Below, piece by piece: positions 12,700-24,769 of a stretch of DNA of 64,000 nt (its first letter is position 1; every line of letters starts with the position of its first letter). The notes under the pieces were generated by a model. It saw only the letters and a program-made list of their open reading frames with translations, was not told the origin of the DNA and searched no databases. The translations under genes were made by a program, and so were the position numbers. The DNA is from Stegostoma tigrinum. Lineage: Eukaryota. The stretch is taken from contig NC_081362.1 in assembly GCF_030684315.1 (NCBI RefSeq), positions 14,502,589 to 14,566,588 of the forward strand. The letters run 5' to 3'.

Positions 12700-15418
12700 C
12701 TAACTAGATGAGTTGATAGCAAAAATTGAAATACAAGATTATGGATTGATAACAATTATAGAGTTGTAACCAATATTGCAAACTCGATGTCCAAAGGTAT
12801 TTGACGTTTTGGAAGAATAGGCAAAAGGAAAACAAGATAGAATAAAAGAGGGAATCAGTGCAGCGGTGTGTAGTGACATAGGCACAATGGATTGTGAAGT
12901 AGAATTTGGGTGGAAACAAGAAATAACGAGGGAATGAAATCATGGGTTGGAATTGTCTAAAGATGACAAAGAGTTGCCTCAATGTAGGTCAAAGTATAAA
13001 GTGGGAAGCAATGGAAGTGCAATACAATTATTATGCGTGATTTTAATCTGCTGTTAACTGGACAAATCAGATTGGCAAAGGTAACATGGAAGACAATTTT
13101 TAGAGTTCATCAGGGATATATTGGAGGAACTACTCAAGAACAGTCTGTTTTACATCCAGTAATATGTAAAGAGGTTAGATGATGAGGTCTGATGAGTCGC
13201 TGCGGGTAGCAGTCACAACATACAAGAATTGCAGATTCGGTTTGTGGATGAGCAACTCAGGTCTCAAAACAGTGCCCTTAATTTGAAAAAAGGTAGTTAC
13301 AGTGGTATGATAAAAAGTTGTTTAAAGCAACTGGGAAATAGACTAAAGGGAAGGTCAATGAATGAGCAGTGGCAGCTGTTCAAGCAGACATTTCATAACG
13401 CTAAGCAAAAATTTATTCCAGTCAAAAAGAAGGATTTGAGAACCATGAACCACCTATGGTTAACAGTGATAGTCAAGGAGAATATCCAATCATAAATTAG
13501 GTATACTAAACAAAGACTAGTTACAAGCCAGAGAATCAGGATTTTGTAGAAACCAATGGCGTATGACGAAAAAGCTATTAAAAAGGGGTGAAATTGAAAG
13601 TAAACTGACAAGAAATATGAGAATGAATGGCAAGAGCTTTTGTGCATATATAAGAAGAAAGAGAGTAGCTAAAAGATATTTGGGACACAGGAGGATACAA
13701 CTCGAGAATTAATAACAGGGAATAGGAAATTGGTACTTAAATTGAAATCAATGTTTTGCATCAGTCTTCATAGTGGTGGACACTATAAACACCCCCAAAA
13801 TATAACAGTTAAGCAAGGTGCTAATGGAAGGAAAAATATTCGCTCATAAGTGGAAAAGTATTTGAAAAACAAATGGGACTAACGGTACACAAATCACCAG
13901 GACCTGATCCAAGGATTTTAAAAGAAGTGGTTGCAGAGATGATGGAGGCATTGGCCAAATATTCTAGAGCTCATCTTGAGAGGTTTTCAGTAGATTGGAA
14001 ATCATGAATGTCATGTCTCTGTCCAAGGAGGAAGGGAGATAGAAAGCAGGAAACTACTTGGTAATTAGCTGAACGTCAGTTATTGGGAAAATGTTGGAGT
14101 CCATTATTAGCAGGATATTTAGAAAATTTTAATGCAATCAACCAGCGTCAACATGGTTTTGTGAAAGGGAAATCATGTTTAGCAAATTTGCTAGAATTTA
14201 TTGAGAATATAACAAATAAAATTGATAAAAGGGAGCTGGTAAATGTAGTGTGTTCGGATTTCCAGATAAGGTTCCAAATAAGATGTTATTGTAACAGATA
14301 GGAGCTCACTGTACTGTGAGTAATGTATTAATATGGATTGAGGATTGGTTTATATACAGAAGACAGACATTTGGCATTAATATGTCGTTTTCAGGTTGAA
14401 AATATGTAACTAGTAGAGTGCCATGAGAATTGGTCCTGGGGCCTCAATTATTTACCATCTGTATTAATAATTTTGAGGGGGTAAATGTTGGATGTATCCA
14501 AATTTGTTGATGATACACTAATAGGTAGGAGGGCATACTATGATGAGGATATTAAGAATTTGCAATGGGATAGCAATAGGTTGACTGAGTGAGTAAAAAA
14601 CTTGTCTGACAAAGTTTAATGTAGGAAATTGCAAGGTCATGTGCTTTGCCGGGAAGAACCAAAAGGTGAACTATTACTTATGTAGAGAAAAACTTCAAAA
14701 AATGCAGTACAAAGTGATCTGGGCGATCTTGTATACAAGGCATAAAAAGTAAGCTTGCAGACAAGTAGTTAAGAAGACAAATGGAATTTTGGCCTTCATA
14801 ACTATGTGGTAGAGTTTAAAAATAGGGAAGTCTTGTTACAACTGTAAAGGGTGTTGGTGAGGCGACACCCTGAAGTACTGTCTTGGTCCTCGTATTTCAG
14901 AAAGGATATACTGGTATTGAAAGCAGCTCAAAAAAGATTCACATGGCTGATTCCTGGGATGAAGGGATTGACTTTTCAAAAATGGCTGAAATGGTTAGGC
15001 CATTATTTATTACGGTTTAGAAGCAGGAGGGATAATCTTATTGAAGTGTACAAAATTCCGAGCATCTTGACTGGGTAGATATTGAAAATACAATTCCACT
15101 ACTGGGAGAATCTTAAACTTGGCAACATAGTTACATAAAAAGGGGATACTTATTTAAAACTATGATGTGAAGGGATTTATTCTCTCAGAGGATAGTGAAC
15201 GGCTGGAATTCTCTACCACAGAGTTGTAGAGGTTAGATCAAAGAAAATGTTTAAACAGAGAACAGATAGATTTTTGAACTATTAGGAATTGAGGGCTACA
15301 AGCAGATGCCACAAAAGAGGAGTTGAGGCCCGCACAGATCAGCCATAATCTTACTGAATGGCAAGGCAGGCGTGAGGGGCCAAATGTCTACTCCTGCTTC
15401 TACTTCTTATGATTTTAT
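12700..15418 (+). mobile_element. Decayed CR1 LINE (~2.7 kb, APE-RT remnants and 3' tail)
   Basis: QHGFVKGKSCLANLLEF, remnants of the GVPQG and FADD motifs, QKRFTWLIPGMKGL; CR1 tail ...CTCCTGCTTCTACTTCTTATG. Confidence 0.9.
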
Positions 15419-15929
15419 GCCTTTCAGAGAGATTCCTCCAGTTGCTTCGTATTTTCCCTAGCTTTTCATTTGCTCGTATGTTATTAAATCTCAAGCTTCT
15501 TCCAGATCTGCTGCAAGGTGACCGACATTAGATATTAATTCTGTTTATATCCCTGCAGAATATACTTGACTTGTTGGGTTTTTCCAGCAAGTTCTACTTA
15601 TATTTTGTAGCACATTGCCTTGAAGGTGCAGAATGGCACAGAAAATGGCAGTGTGACAGGGCAAAGTAAGCTCTGAAATAGGTGCATGTCTGTTAATCTC
15701 ACTGATTTAGATTGTAATAATTCATGAATCGTCTTTGTACATTAAAATAAAGATTAAAGGAAATTCTGATCCATCAATTTGAGCTGCAATTATTTGCACT
15801 AGGTAGCTTTTTATCCTCAGTTGTATTAGTGCACCTAATCACTATAAAACACATATATTAGTTCTGTAGGTTTCAATGAAAACTACTTTTCTAAGGCCTT
15901 ATTAATGGACATTCTTTACATATACATAC

Positions 15930-16072
15930 AGTAGATAGATGATATTAATTCTTCCAAACATGGCTGTTGTACTGAGGGTGAACAGTTTCATAATCTGCTG
16001 TGCATCTTGAGATTCTGACCGTCTGACATTTATTACTAGACTTCCTCCACCTGAAGCATATATTGTTGTCAT
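15930..16072 (-). CDS. CFAP61: CFAP61 first coding exon (MTTIYASGGGSLVINVRRSESQDAQQIMKLFTLSTTAMFGRINIIYLL)
   Basis: ATG at 16072, 7 nt after a ttccag| acceptor (exon starts 16079); CT|gtatgt donor; matches human RRTESQD...FGKLNIIYLL. Confidence 0.93.
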
Positions 16073-17065
16073 TGTTGTTCTGGAAGAGAATGTACAGATA
16101 AGGAACTGAAATTACAGCATGGCATGAGGTTTTGAAGATACTTACTCAAGGTCATAACAAGCATAATTAGAAAAAACAATATTTTCAGTCGCAGATATTC
16201 AACAGCATAAATTGAAAGAATATGATAATCTTGTATAAAAATCACCAGGCCAAATTTTGAGCTCCAATAACCACTATAGATTTAAGGAGCTAAATAAATG
16301 ACTAGGTATTGCAATTTAAAATTAAAATACAATGCAACTAAATGATATTACTGTATCATTAGAGGCCGAGATAATAGATAAGGTTACAAAAAGCACCTTA
16401 CAAATTTTGACTCCTATCCTGCTGGACATCCTGTGAACTATATTTTGACTCTTTAAAAAGTCATTAATGAAATGAAGTTAACAAGATATCCATGATCAAT
16501 ATAAATTGTCAAAGTTACTTAGGTTATTTTTATTTATTCTCAGAATATGATTGTCACCAGGAATTTTTGGGCATTCCTAGTTATCTTGTGATCACTGAGG
16601 GCCTTCTCTTTGAGACACTTCAATCCTTGAGATGATGATATTTCACCATGGAATTAGGTACTTTCTAGGATGTTGCCCAATCAATGAGGAAAAACAATGA
16701 TAACATGGATTTTCTTCACAACATAAGTTACACCACCACATCTCACAGATTTTGTCCCAAAGTCAAACTGTATCCAGCCATAAATTTGGAAAAAATATTG
16801 GAGGAAAAATATTAATGCATAAAGAAAATTACATATTGCACATAATAATTCTACTGGCTATAAATATCATTTCTTCAAGTTTGTTGGTAAACAACTTCAA
16901 ATGATACAGAATAAAAACTGAAGCTATCCCCAGGTCAGGCTCATCTGTGGAGACACAAGAACAGTTATTCATTTCCAGAAGGAATAAACAGTAAAAGCTG
17001 CAAAATGACACACCGTGGTCAGACTTGTCTTGTGTATTTCAAAATGAACATTCAGTAGGACCAGT

Positions 17066-17927
17066 GATAATGGGAACTGCAGATGCTGGAGAATTTCAGT
17101 GGGGGGAGGGGAAGAACTGGGCTGGTTTTGGGATGCAGTGGGGGAAGGGGGAGATTTTGAAGCTTGTGAAGTTCACATTGATACCATTAGGCTGCAGGGT
17201 TCTGCTGTTCTTGCAACCTTCCGGTGGCATCATTGTGCCACTGCAGGAGGCCCATGATGGACATGTCGTCTGAGGAATGGGAGGGGGAGTTAAAATGGTT
17301 CACGACTGGGAGGTGCAGTTGTTCGTTGCGAACCGAACGGAGGTGTTCGCTGCACCTCCCAGTCGTGAACCATTTTAACTACCCCTCCCATTCCTCAGAC
17401 GACATGTCCATCATGGACCTCCTGCAGTGCCACAAAGATGCTATCTGAAGGTTGCAAGTACAGCAAAACCCGGCAGCCCAATGGTATCAATGTGGACTTC
17501 ACAAGCTTCAAAATCTCCCCTTCCCCCACTGCATCACAAAACCAGCCCAGCTCGACCCCTTCCCCCACTGCATCCCAAAACCAGCCCAGCCTGTCTCTGC
17601 TTCCCTAACCTGTTCTTCCTCTCACCTATCCCTTCCTCCCACCTCAAGCCGCACCTCCATTTCCAACCTACTAACCTCATCCCACCTCCTTGATCTGTCC
17701 GTCTTCCCTGGACTGACCTATCCCCTCCCTAACTCCTCATCTATACTCTCCTCTCTACCTATCTTCTCTTCTCTCCATCTTAGGTCCGCCTCCCCCTCTC
17801 TCCCTATTTATTCCAGTTCCCTCTCCCCATCCCCCTCTCTGATGAAGGGTCTAGGCCCGAAACGTCAGCTTTTGTGCTCCTGAGATGCTGCTTGGTCTGC
17901 TGTGTTCATCCAGCTCCACACTTTGTT
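17066..17927 (+). mobile_element. Penelope-like insertion with 5' inversion, GIY-YIG C-terminal remnant, intact hammerhead core and 16-bp TSD
   Basis: TSD ATTCAGTAGGACCAGT at 17050-17065 and 17928-17943; LPVVNHFNYPSHS...QPNGINVDF; inverted arms 17114-17318 and 17350-17553. Confidence 0.9.
17839..17866 (+). ncRNA. Minimal type I hammerhead ribozyme core (PLE-associated)
   Basis: CTGATGA-A-GGGT(CTAG)GCCC-GAAA-CG-TC: all conserved core nucleotides, 4-bp stem II, palindromic ACGT in place of helix III; helix I only ~2 bp. Confidence 0.7.
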
Positions 17928-18144
17928 ATTCAGTAGGACCAGTACTTCCATTTCTGAGTGTTATCACTTTCTCTCACCACGGGTTAGAATATATTTCACA
18001 GGATCTGTAACATGTCTGACAAAATTCAGATTCTCTTCTCATATTTGTCTTACTCTATCCATCCTGGTGTAGTTAGAAAGCACTTCTACACACAAAAGTT
18101 AGTGGAGGTTTAGACTCTCTTCCACAAACAGCAGTTAAAATTCC

Positions 18145-18445
18145 TGTAGCACAGAAAGAAACCACTCAGCCTAAGTCTGGACAGACCCTCCAAACAGCAT
18201 CCCATCCAGACCAATCACCCAAGCTATCTCTATAACCCAACATTCGCCATGACTAATCCATCTAGCCTGCACATCCATGGGCATTATGAGGCAATTTAGC
18301 ATGGCCAATCCACCTAACTTACATAACTTTGAACTGTGGTGGGAAATCACAGACACAGGGAGAACATGCAAACTCATGGCTGGAATCAAAACAAAGTCCC
18401 TAGCCCAATGAGGTAGCATAGTTAACCAGCGGGCCACTGTGCCCT
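18145..18445 (-). mobile_element. HE1-like V-SINE (diverged)
   Basis: GCAATTTAGCATGGCCAATCCACCTAAC...ACAGACACAGGGAGAACATGCAAACTC shared with the other copies. Confidence 0.8.
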
Positions 18446-18707
18446 AAGTTCATTCTTTCATATGAATAAAGACATTAATTTAGCCAAGAAGGTCAGGCAA
18501 AGCCTGTGGAGATAAAATTTCAATTCAGTTAACGTGAGTCAAAACTGGTCACTAGAATTTCTGAAACATCAACTCTTCTCTTCATAAATGCTGCTAGATC
18601 TTGTTTCTCCTGCAATGTTTTTGTTATTGTATCAGATGTCCAGCACCTGCAACTCTTTGTTTTACCACTGAGTTTGACCAAGTCTAAGTTCAGTTTTATA
18701 ATAAATC

Positions 18708-18915
18708 AAAGAACTGAGAATGATGGAAATCTGAAACAAAAGCAGAAATTGCTGGAGGATCTCAACAGGTCTGACAGCATTTGTGGAGAGAGAAACAGAG
18801 TTAATAATTCAAGTCCAGAGACCCTTTTTCAGACCCTCGTGAAAAAGTCGCTGGTCTCTACACGGCAGCTAACAGACCTACTGAGTTTCTCCAGCAATTT
18901 CTGTTTTTGTTTTTG
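18708..18915. mobile_element. Fold-back pair of PLE family-B terminal repeats
   Basis: CAGAAATTGCTGGAG..CTCAACAGGTCTG (left) and CAGACCTACTGAGTTTCTCCAGCAATTTCTG (right) are inverted; the centre is a decayed hammerhead hairpin. Confidence 0.7.
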
Positions 18916-19017
18916 CATCAGATCTTCGCAATTCGCAATAATTTGATTTATTAATGAATTTAGGCAAGTCTGGGCACACCTTTATAATCTCTGTCTACAC
19001 CGAATATTAAGTTTTAC

Positions 19018-19120
19018 CCTATCCCAGACTTAAAAAGCCCGTCACCCAATTTTTTTTTGATTAAAAAAAGAAACAAAACCTCAGCCTCCGCCGCAGCCTT
19101 CGCGCCCAAGAAGCCACAAA
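19018..19120 (-). other. CFAP61: Putative non-coding first exon of CFAP61 (5' end uncertain)
   Basis: AGG|gtaaaa donor at 19017 just downstream (minus sense) of the X-box cluster; the first coding exon has an acceptor, so an upstream exon is required. Confidence 0.5.
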
Positions 19121-19330
19121 ATGTCTTAGCAACGCGGTGTACCGGTGCCATGGCAACTGCCGTTGCTAGCACGTGGTGCGCTGCCGGGTCGGAGGTTACG
19201 TCGCGGGGTACCCGGATGTTTCTCGGGATGTTACCGGAGTGGTAGTGACGGCGGCAGGGTCTTGTTTTATTTTTTTGATCCCGAATTAGCAAAAGAACGA
19301 TTAAGGGGGGGGGCTGAAATTACGACCCGA
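19080..19330. promoter_or_regulatory. Bidirectional CpG-island promoter for CFAP61/CRNKL1 with RFX X-boxes, E-box and ETS-like site
   Basis: CpG-dense; GGTGCCATGGCAAC 19144-19157 (13/14 match to GTTGCCATGGCAAC), GTCTTAGCAAC 19123-19133, GTTGCTAG 19162, CACGTG 19170-19175, CCGGATG 19212; YY1-like AAAATGGC over the CRNKL1 ATG. Confidence 0.8.
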
Positions 19331-19332
19331 AA

Positions 19333-19380
19333 ATGGCTTCAACCGCGGCTGGAAAACAGCGAATCCCCAAAGTGGCCAAG
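19333..19380 (+). CDS. CRNKL1: CRNKL1 (crooked neck pre-mRNA splicing factor) exon 1, MASTAAGKQRIPKVAK
   Basis: Matches the vertebrate CRNKL1 N-terminus; AAG|gtaacc donor; 14 exons total 2067 nt = 688 aa + stop. Confidence 0.97.
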
Positions 19381-19967
19381 GTAACCAGCACTTTGCTAGG
19401 ACTGTGTCGGGCCCTGTCAGGCTTTGCAGGAATTGACCAACACCGACGTTTATTCTCGACCGACAACAGCAGCAATCAATCTGTATGTCCTTGCGGTTAA
19501 AGTCAGGATGTTTAAAGTCTGGCGCAAGGACTGAGCGGTTCCTGTACTCCTCCGAACACATTTACATGCAATTTTCAACTCATGACAACCCCCGCCCCCC
19601 CGTTTGTTTCCTTTTAGAGGAAGGGCTTACATTTCCGTACCGCCTTAAGGGGATATCAAGACCATTTTAAAGTATAGTAAGTGAGGTTACAGTGAGTTAA
19701 ACCTTGTTACAGTTGGAACCAAAGACACACCATATGCAAGTTTAAACGATCAACTAGCCTTAAAGTTTCTGCTTAATGCGCCTACTAGTCCAGAAAAGTT
19801 ACTTGAATGTTTTGGGGCACTTCAAATGTCTCCAAAATAAATTACCCATTGTATACGTTTGTTTATATTTTGAACTTCTGTAATCATCCAATCGTAATTT
19901 TCACAAACAGAAATTGCTGGAAAAGCTCAGCGGGTCTGGCAGCTTCTGTGAAGAGAACTCGGAGTTA

Positions 19968-20254
19968 AGAATCATAGAATCCCTACAGTGTGGAAACAGA
20001 CCCAACAAGTCCTCGTCTGTTGACAGAGCATCCCACCCATCCCCTTATAACCCACCTAATGTACACATCCCTGAACACTGCAGGCAATTTAGCATGGCCA
20101 ATCCACCTAGCCTGCACATCTTTGGACTGTGGGAGGAAACCCATGCAGATACTGGGAGAATATGCAGACTTCGCACAGACAGTCACCCGAGGCTGGAATC
20201 GAACCCAGGTCCCTGGCTCTGTGAGGCAGCAGTCCTAGCCACTGTGCTACCCCG
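19968..20254 (-). mobile_element. HE1-like V-SINE nested in the PLE terminal repeat
   Basis: Full-length family copy splitting GAGTTA|ACGTTTC. Confidence 0.85.
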
Positions 20255-20256
20255 CT

Positions 20257-20286
20257 AACGTTTCAAGTCCAGTGACTCTTCCTCAG
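20257..20286 (-). ncRNA. Hammerhead core, PLE family B
   Basis: CTGAGGA-A-GAGTC(ACTG)GACTT-GAAACGTT; 5-bp stem II; the 3' strand of helix I is displaced by the SINE insertion. Confidence 0.6.
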
Positions 20287-20660
20287 AACATGCAGGCTGG
20301 GAACCAATGTTTTCTATGCAGAAGATAAGGTGGAGGGAGGGGTGGTTAAGGAATAAATGTTATGTGGGTTACCACCCAGGGAGAGAGAACAGTTGGGCAG
20401 ACAAAGGAGTGGGTAACGATCAGGCTAGGAGGGTGAACAGATGTTAATGGAGACTGTTAGTATGCCAATACACACTACCTACTGTTAGCCATTGTGTGTG
20501 GGTTTGGGGGCTAGGACATAGGAGAGTTTAGGCCCTAAAATAATTGAACTCAATATTGAGTCCGGAGGGCTGCAGGGTCCCCAAGTGGAAAATGAGCTGT
20601 TGTTCTTCCGGTTTGCTCTGAGCTTCATTAGAACACTGCCGCAAACCTGAGACAGATGTT

Positions 20661-21825
20661 AGAACATAGAAAAGTACAGCACAGTACAGGCCCTTCGGTC
20701 CACGATGTTATGCCGTGGAATAATCCTAATCCAAAAATAAAATAACCTAACCTACGTTCCCCTCAATTCACTGCTGGCCATGTGCATGTCCAGCAGTTGC
20801 TTAAATGTCACTAATGACTCTGCTTCCACGACTACCACTGGTAAACTATTCCATGCGCTCACAACTCTCTGAGTGAAGAACCTCCCTCTGACGTCTCCTC
20901 TATACCTTCCGCCTAACACCTCAAAACTATGACCCCTTGTGGCAGTCAATCCTGCCCTTGGGAAAAGTCTCTGGCTATCGACTCTATCCATGCCTCTCAT
21001 TACCTTGTACACCTTGATCAGGTCACCTCTCTTCCTCCTTCTCTCCAGAGAGAAAAGTCTGAGCTCAGTCAACCTCTCCTCGTAAGAAAAGCCCTCTAGT
21101 CCAGGCAGCATCCTGGTAAACCTCCTTTGCACCCTCTCCAAAGCCTCCACATCTTTCCTAAAATAGGGCGACCAGAACTGGACACAGTATTCCAAGTGTG
21201 GTCTCACTAGGGTTTTGTAGACCTGCAGCATAACCTCGCGGCTCTTAAACTCAATCCCCCTGTTAATGAAAGCCAAATCACCATATGCTTTCTTAACAAC
21301 CTTATCCACCTGGGTGGCAACTTTGAGGGAGCTATGCACTTGAACACCAAGATCCTGCTGTTCCTCCACACTGCCGAGAATCCTGCCTTTAATCCTATGT
21401 TCAGCATTTAAGTTCGACCTTCCAAAATGCATCACTTCGCATTTATCCAGGTTGAACTCCATCTGCCATTTCTCAGCCCAGCTCTGCATTCTGTCAATGT
21501 CTTGCTGAAGCCTGCAATAGCCCTCGATACTATCAATGGCACCTCCAACCTTTGTGTCATCAGCAAACATACTAACCCACCCCTCAACCTCCTCATCCAA
21601 GTCATTTATAAAAACTACAAAGAGCAGAAGCCCAAGAACAGAATCCTGCGGGACACCACTCAGCACTGACCTCCAGGCAGAATACTTACCATCTACAACC
21701 ACTCTCTGCCTCCTGTCAGCCAACCAATTCTGAATCCAGACAGCCAAATCACCCTGTATCCCATACCTCCTGACTTTATGAATGAGCCTGGGGAACCTTA
21801 TCAAATGCCTTGCTGAAGTCCATAA
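20661..21825 (-). mobile_element. Young 5'-truncated CR1 LINE with open RT C-terminal ORF (20752-21804, 350 aa)
   Basis: WIQNWLADRRQRVVV...SGVPQDSVLGLLLFVVFINDL...MFADDTKV...VRPHLEYCVQFWSP...RFFTQRVVSAWNSLP with no stops; CR1 tail. Confidence 0.95.
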
Positions 21826-23149
21826 ACCAGGAACAAGGTGATGGCAAGCAACTGGAAACTCAGGGTCTTTTTTGCGAGCAGACTGTATGTATTCTGTGAA
21901 GTAGTCACCCAGTCTATGCTTCGTTTCACCAATGTAGAGGAGACCACGTTAGCGGCAAATGCTGTAGACTAGATTATGAGAGGTGCAGGCAATGTGCTGC
22001 TTCACCTGGAAGATATGTTTGGGCCCCTGAATACTGACGAAAGAGGAGGCGAATGGGCAGGTGTTATACCTTCGGTTGCAGAGGAAGGTGCCATAGGGTT
22101 ATGAGGGTATGATGGGAGTGAAGAAGAGTGGACCAGGGTATCCCAGAGAGAACAATCCCTGTGGTAAGCGGCCAAGGGCAGGAAATACATGTCTGGCGGT
22201 GGCATCTTGCTGGAGGTGGCGGAAATGTCAACTAATTATCTTCTGGATGGTACATTTAAAAACAAGGGGAACCCTACTGCTGTTCTGCAAGGCAAGAGTG
22301 GGTGAGTGCAGAAGTGTGGGAGATGGATCGGACGCGGTTGAGGGCCCTGTCAACGACAGTAGCCCCCAATCCCACATACCAAGCCTTATCACGTAGTCTG
22401 CCATTATATATTACCTATTGTTAGCCACTAATAGTCTCCATTAACAGCCCAGAGAGAGAGAACAGTTCACCCTCCTAGCCAGTTCATTAACCACTCCTTT
22501 GTTCAACTGTTCTTCTCTCTCTTTTGGCTCTATCCTCACCTATTGTTTACTCTTTACTCTCTTCCCCCCCCACCCCCCATCTTCTGCCTATAAACTGAAA
22601 TTTTTCCAACTACCATCAGTTCTTAGGAAGGGTCATCTGATTTACAGCATCTGGAGTTTTCTCGGTTTTATTTATAACTTATTTCACTATCTGAGCATTT
22701 AAGTTTAAGGATAATAAGTGTCTTCAATTACCTGGTTTTCTGTAATTGAATGTGACTGGCTGCTTACCTGCAAGTAGCCACAACTGCTACATACCAAGAT
22801 ATCCCCTTGTCTCAGTGCCAGATTTTAAATTCCTGTTTAAAGAAGAGAAGACTGCAATACAAAGATAGCAAAACCTTGTGCACAGTTTTCTTCAGGGTCA
22901 GCAGCAAGCATTGTTATTTCATCAGTGATGACAAAGTCCAGGCCATAGTTTTGAATACAGATCCTTCAATCCATTTGAACACTTTTTTTTCCAGCATTAT
23001 TGGTACCACACGTATTTGTTTGTTTTTAAGTGACTTCAGATTCCTGATCTTGGAAAAAAATCTAGAAACCAATTCCCTTTCTTAATGTTAGTGTCATATT
23101 TGATCTCAAGCATGTCCTCCAACTATATATCTATACCAATATTAAGGCT

Positions 23150-24165
23150 ACCTATTTCCAACCCATAATATGGCTCAATTCTATCTGGCAAGATGTGGTT
23201 GTTGCTGATACCCTCATCTAAGTCTTTACCACTTCTCGACTCTTCCAGTACACTCCTGATCACCACTTTATTTTCTATCCTTCACGAGCTTGAGGTCATT
23301 CAAGACTCTGCTGCCCATTGTCCTTGTTCACACCCTGTTGCTCATTGACCTACACCAATTTCTGGTCTGTTTTTAAAGTTTTCATTTTTGCTTTGAAATC
23401 CTAAGCTTTACTTCTCCAGAACAGTATTAGCTGTTCCTACAACTTTCAGCTATGCAGAGGCTGGATAAGCTAGGGTTGTTTTCTTTGGAGCTGAGAAAGT
23501 CGAGGAAGACTTGTTCAAGGTGTATAAGATTATGAAGGGCATGGACAGGATAAATAGAAAGCAGCTCTTTCCTCAGTTGTATGGTCAGTAACGAGGGAAC
23601 ATAATTTTCATTTGAAGGGCAGGAGATTTAGAGGGGTTTTGAGGAAAAATGTTTTCAGCCACAGGGTGGTGGGTATCTGAAATGTATTGCCTGAGACGGT
23701 AGTTGAGGTGAGAAACCTCATAATCTTTAAAAAGTACTTGGATTAGCACTTGAAGTGTCATAATGTTCAAGGTTCTCAGCTTAGTGCAGGAAATTGAAAC
23801 TAGTGTAGGAAATAATGTATTTTTTGGCAGTACAGACACAGTGGACTGAAGGGCCTCCTCTGTATTGTATGATTCTGTACTCTAGAATCCTCCAAGATGT
23901 CTGTGTTCCTGTAATTTTCACCTGTTTAGAATCTGTGATTTCAAGTGCTGCACTATTAATGGCCTGTCTTCATTCCCAAAGCTGTAAGTTCTCACTAAAC
24001 CGCTCCATTTCTCAGTCCTCCTTTATGATGCTGCTTGACCAAATTTCTGGTCATCTGGTCTAAACTTCTTACATGGCTTAATGTCACAGTTTGCTTTAAT
24101 CTGCTGTGAAATGACTTATGCGATTTTATGATGTAATGGTGCCATAGAAATATAAATCGTTTACC
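23150..24165 (+). mobile_element. L2 LINE 3' remnant interrupted by a CR1 3' fragment (23452-23880)
   Basis: Degenerate L2 RT end and tail (GGTGCCATAGAAATATAAATCGTT); CR1 piece GATAAGCTAGGGTTGTTTTCTTTGGAGC...GTATGATTCTGT. Confidence 0.65.
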
Positions 24166-24769
24166 AAAGCAGCTGTTAGTCATATGGATGATATTATAAG
24201 GAAGTGGTGGACGTTAAATAGACTTTAAGTTTAGGATAAAACTTCAGCACAACATCGTGGGCCGAAGGCCCTGTACTGTTCTATGTCCTATGTTCCGTAT
24301 GCGCTAAAGGATATTTCTGACATCTAAACCTTTGATTTGCATCTATCAACTTACTACCTGTTGCGTTCTGCATGTAAAACATTGTTTGCTGTGTCTGTTC
24401 TGTTAAGTGTCTTCTCTAACTGCTTTAGGTCCTTGCCACAGCATCTCCTTTCACACTATAGAGCAATATTTTTGTAGTTGAATGCGCTACTGTTACAGCC
24501 TATCATAGTAATCTGAATCTTGGCAGTGCTTGAAGCGTGGCCTGATTGTGCAACCTTCACATAACCACTTAAGAATGTGCACCTAAGTTGGTTTAAAATT
24601 GCAACCCAACATTGATTGCTTTGATTATTGATACCGTACAATGGCCTCTTGCATTTATATAGTGCCTCAACATATTGAGCATCTCTAGGTGCATCATGGG
24701 AGTACTACCACATACATGCATGTGCATTGTTGCATACGGACATGGACTGCTTCAGTGTCGGTGGAGTCA

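Larger units (their letters stand above)
19905..22675 (-). mobile_element. Penelope-like element (family B) with inverted terminal repeat, interrupted by a SINE and a CR1
   Basis: Terminal repeat 19905-20520 (minus) and inverted copy ~22360-22675 (plus); GIY-YIG-side remnants at 20530-20660 and 21826-22355 (LAAYHRDCSLWDTLVHSS). Confidence 0.8.

Noticed and set aside
19141-19215. Run of 6-bp palindromes (ACCGGT, CCATGG, GCTAGC, CACGTG, GGTACC) resembling a cloning polylinker
   Set aside because: Explained by X-box and E-box motifs in a native CpG promoter continuous with CRNKL1 exon 1; no vector sequence
19057-19332. Possible N-terminal extension of CRNKL1 from the in-frame ATG at 19150
   Set aside because: In-frame TAG at 19243-19245 followed by TGA; the ATG is the centre of the X-box
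20752-21804. 350-aa ORF as a host gene or domesticated RT
   Set aside because: 5'-truncated CR1 ORF2 with an ordinary CR1 tail, nested inside another transposon; the listed start is not a real initiation context
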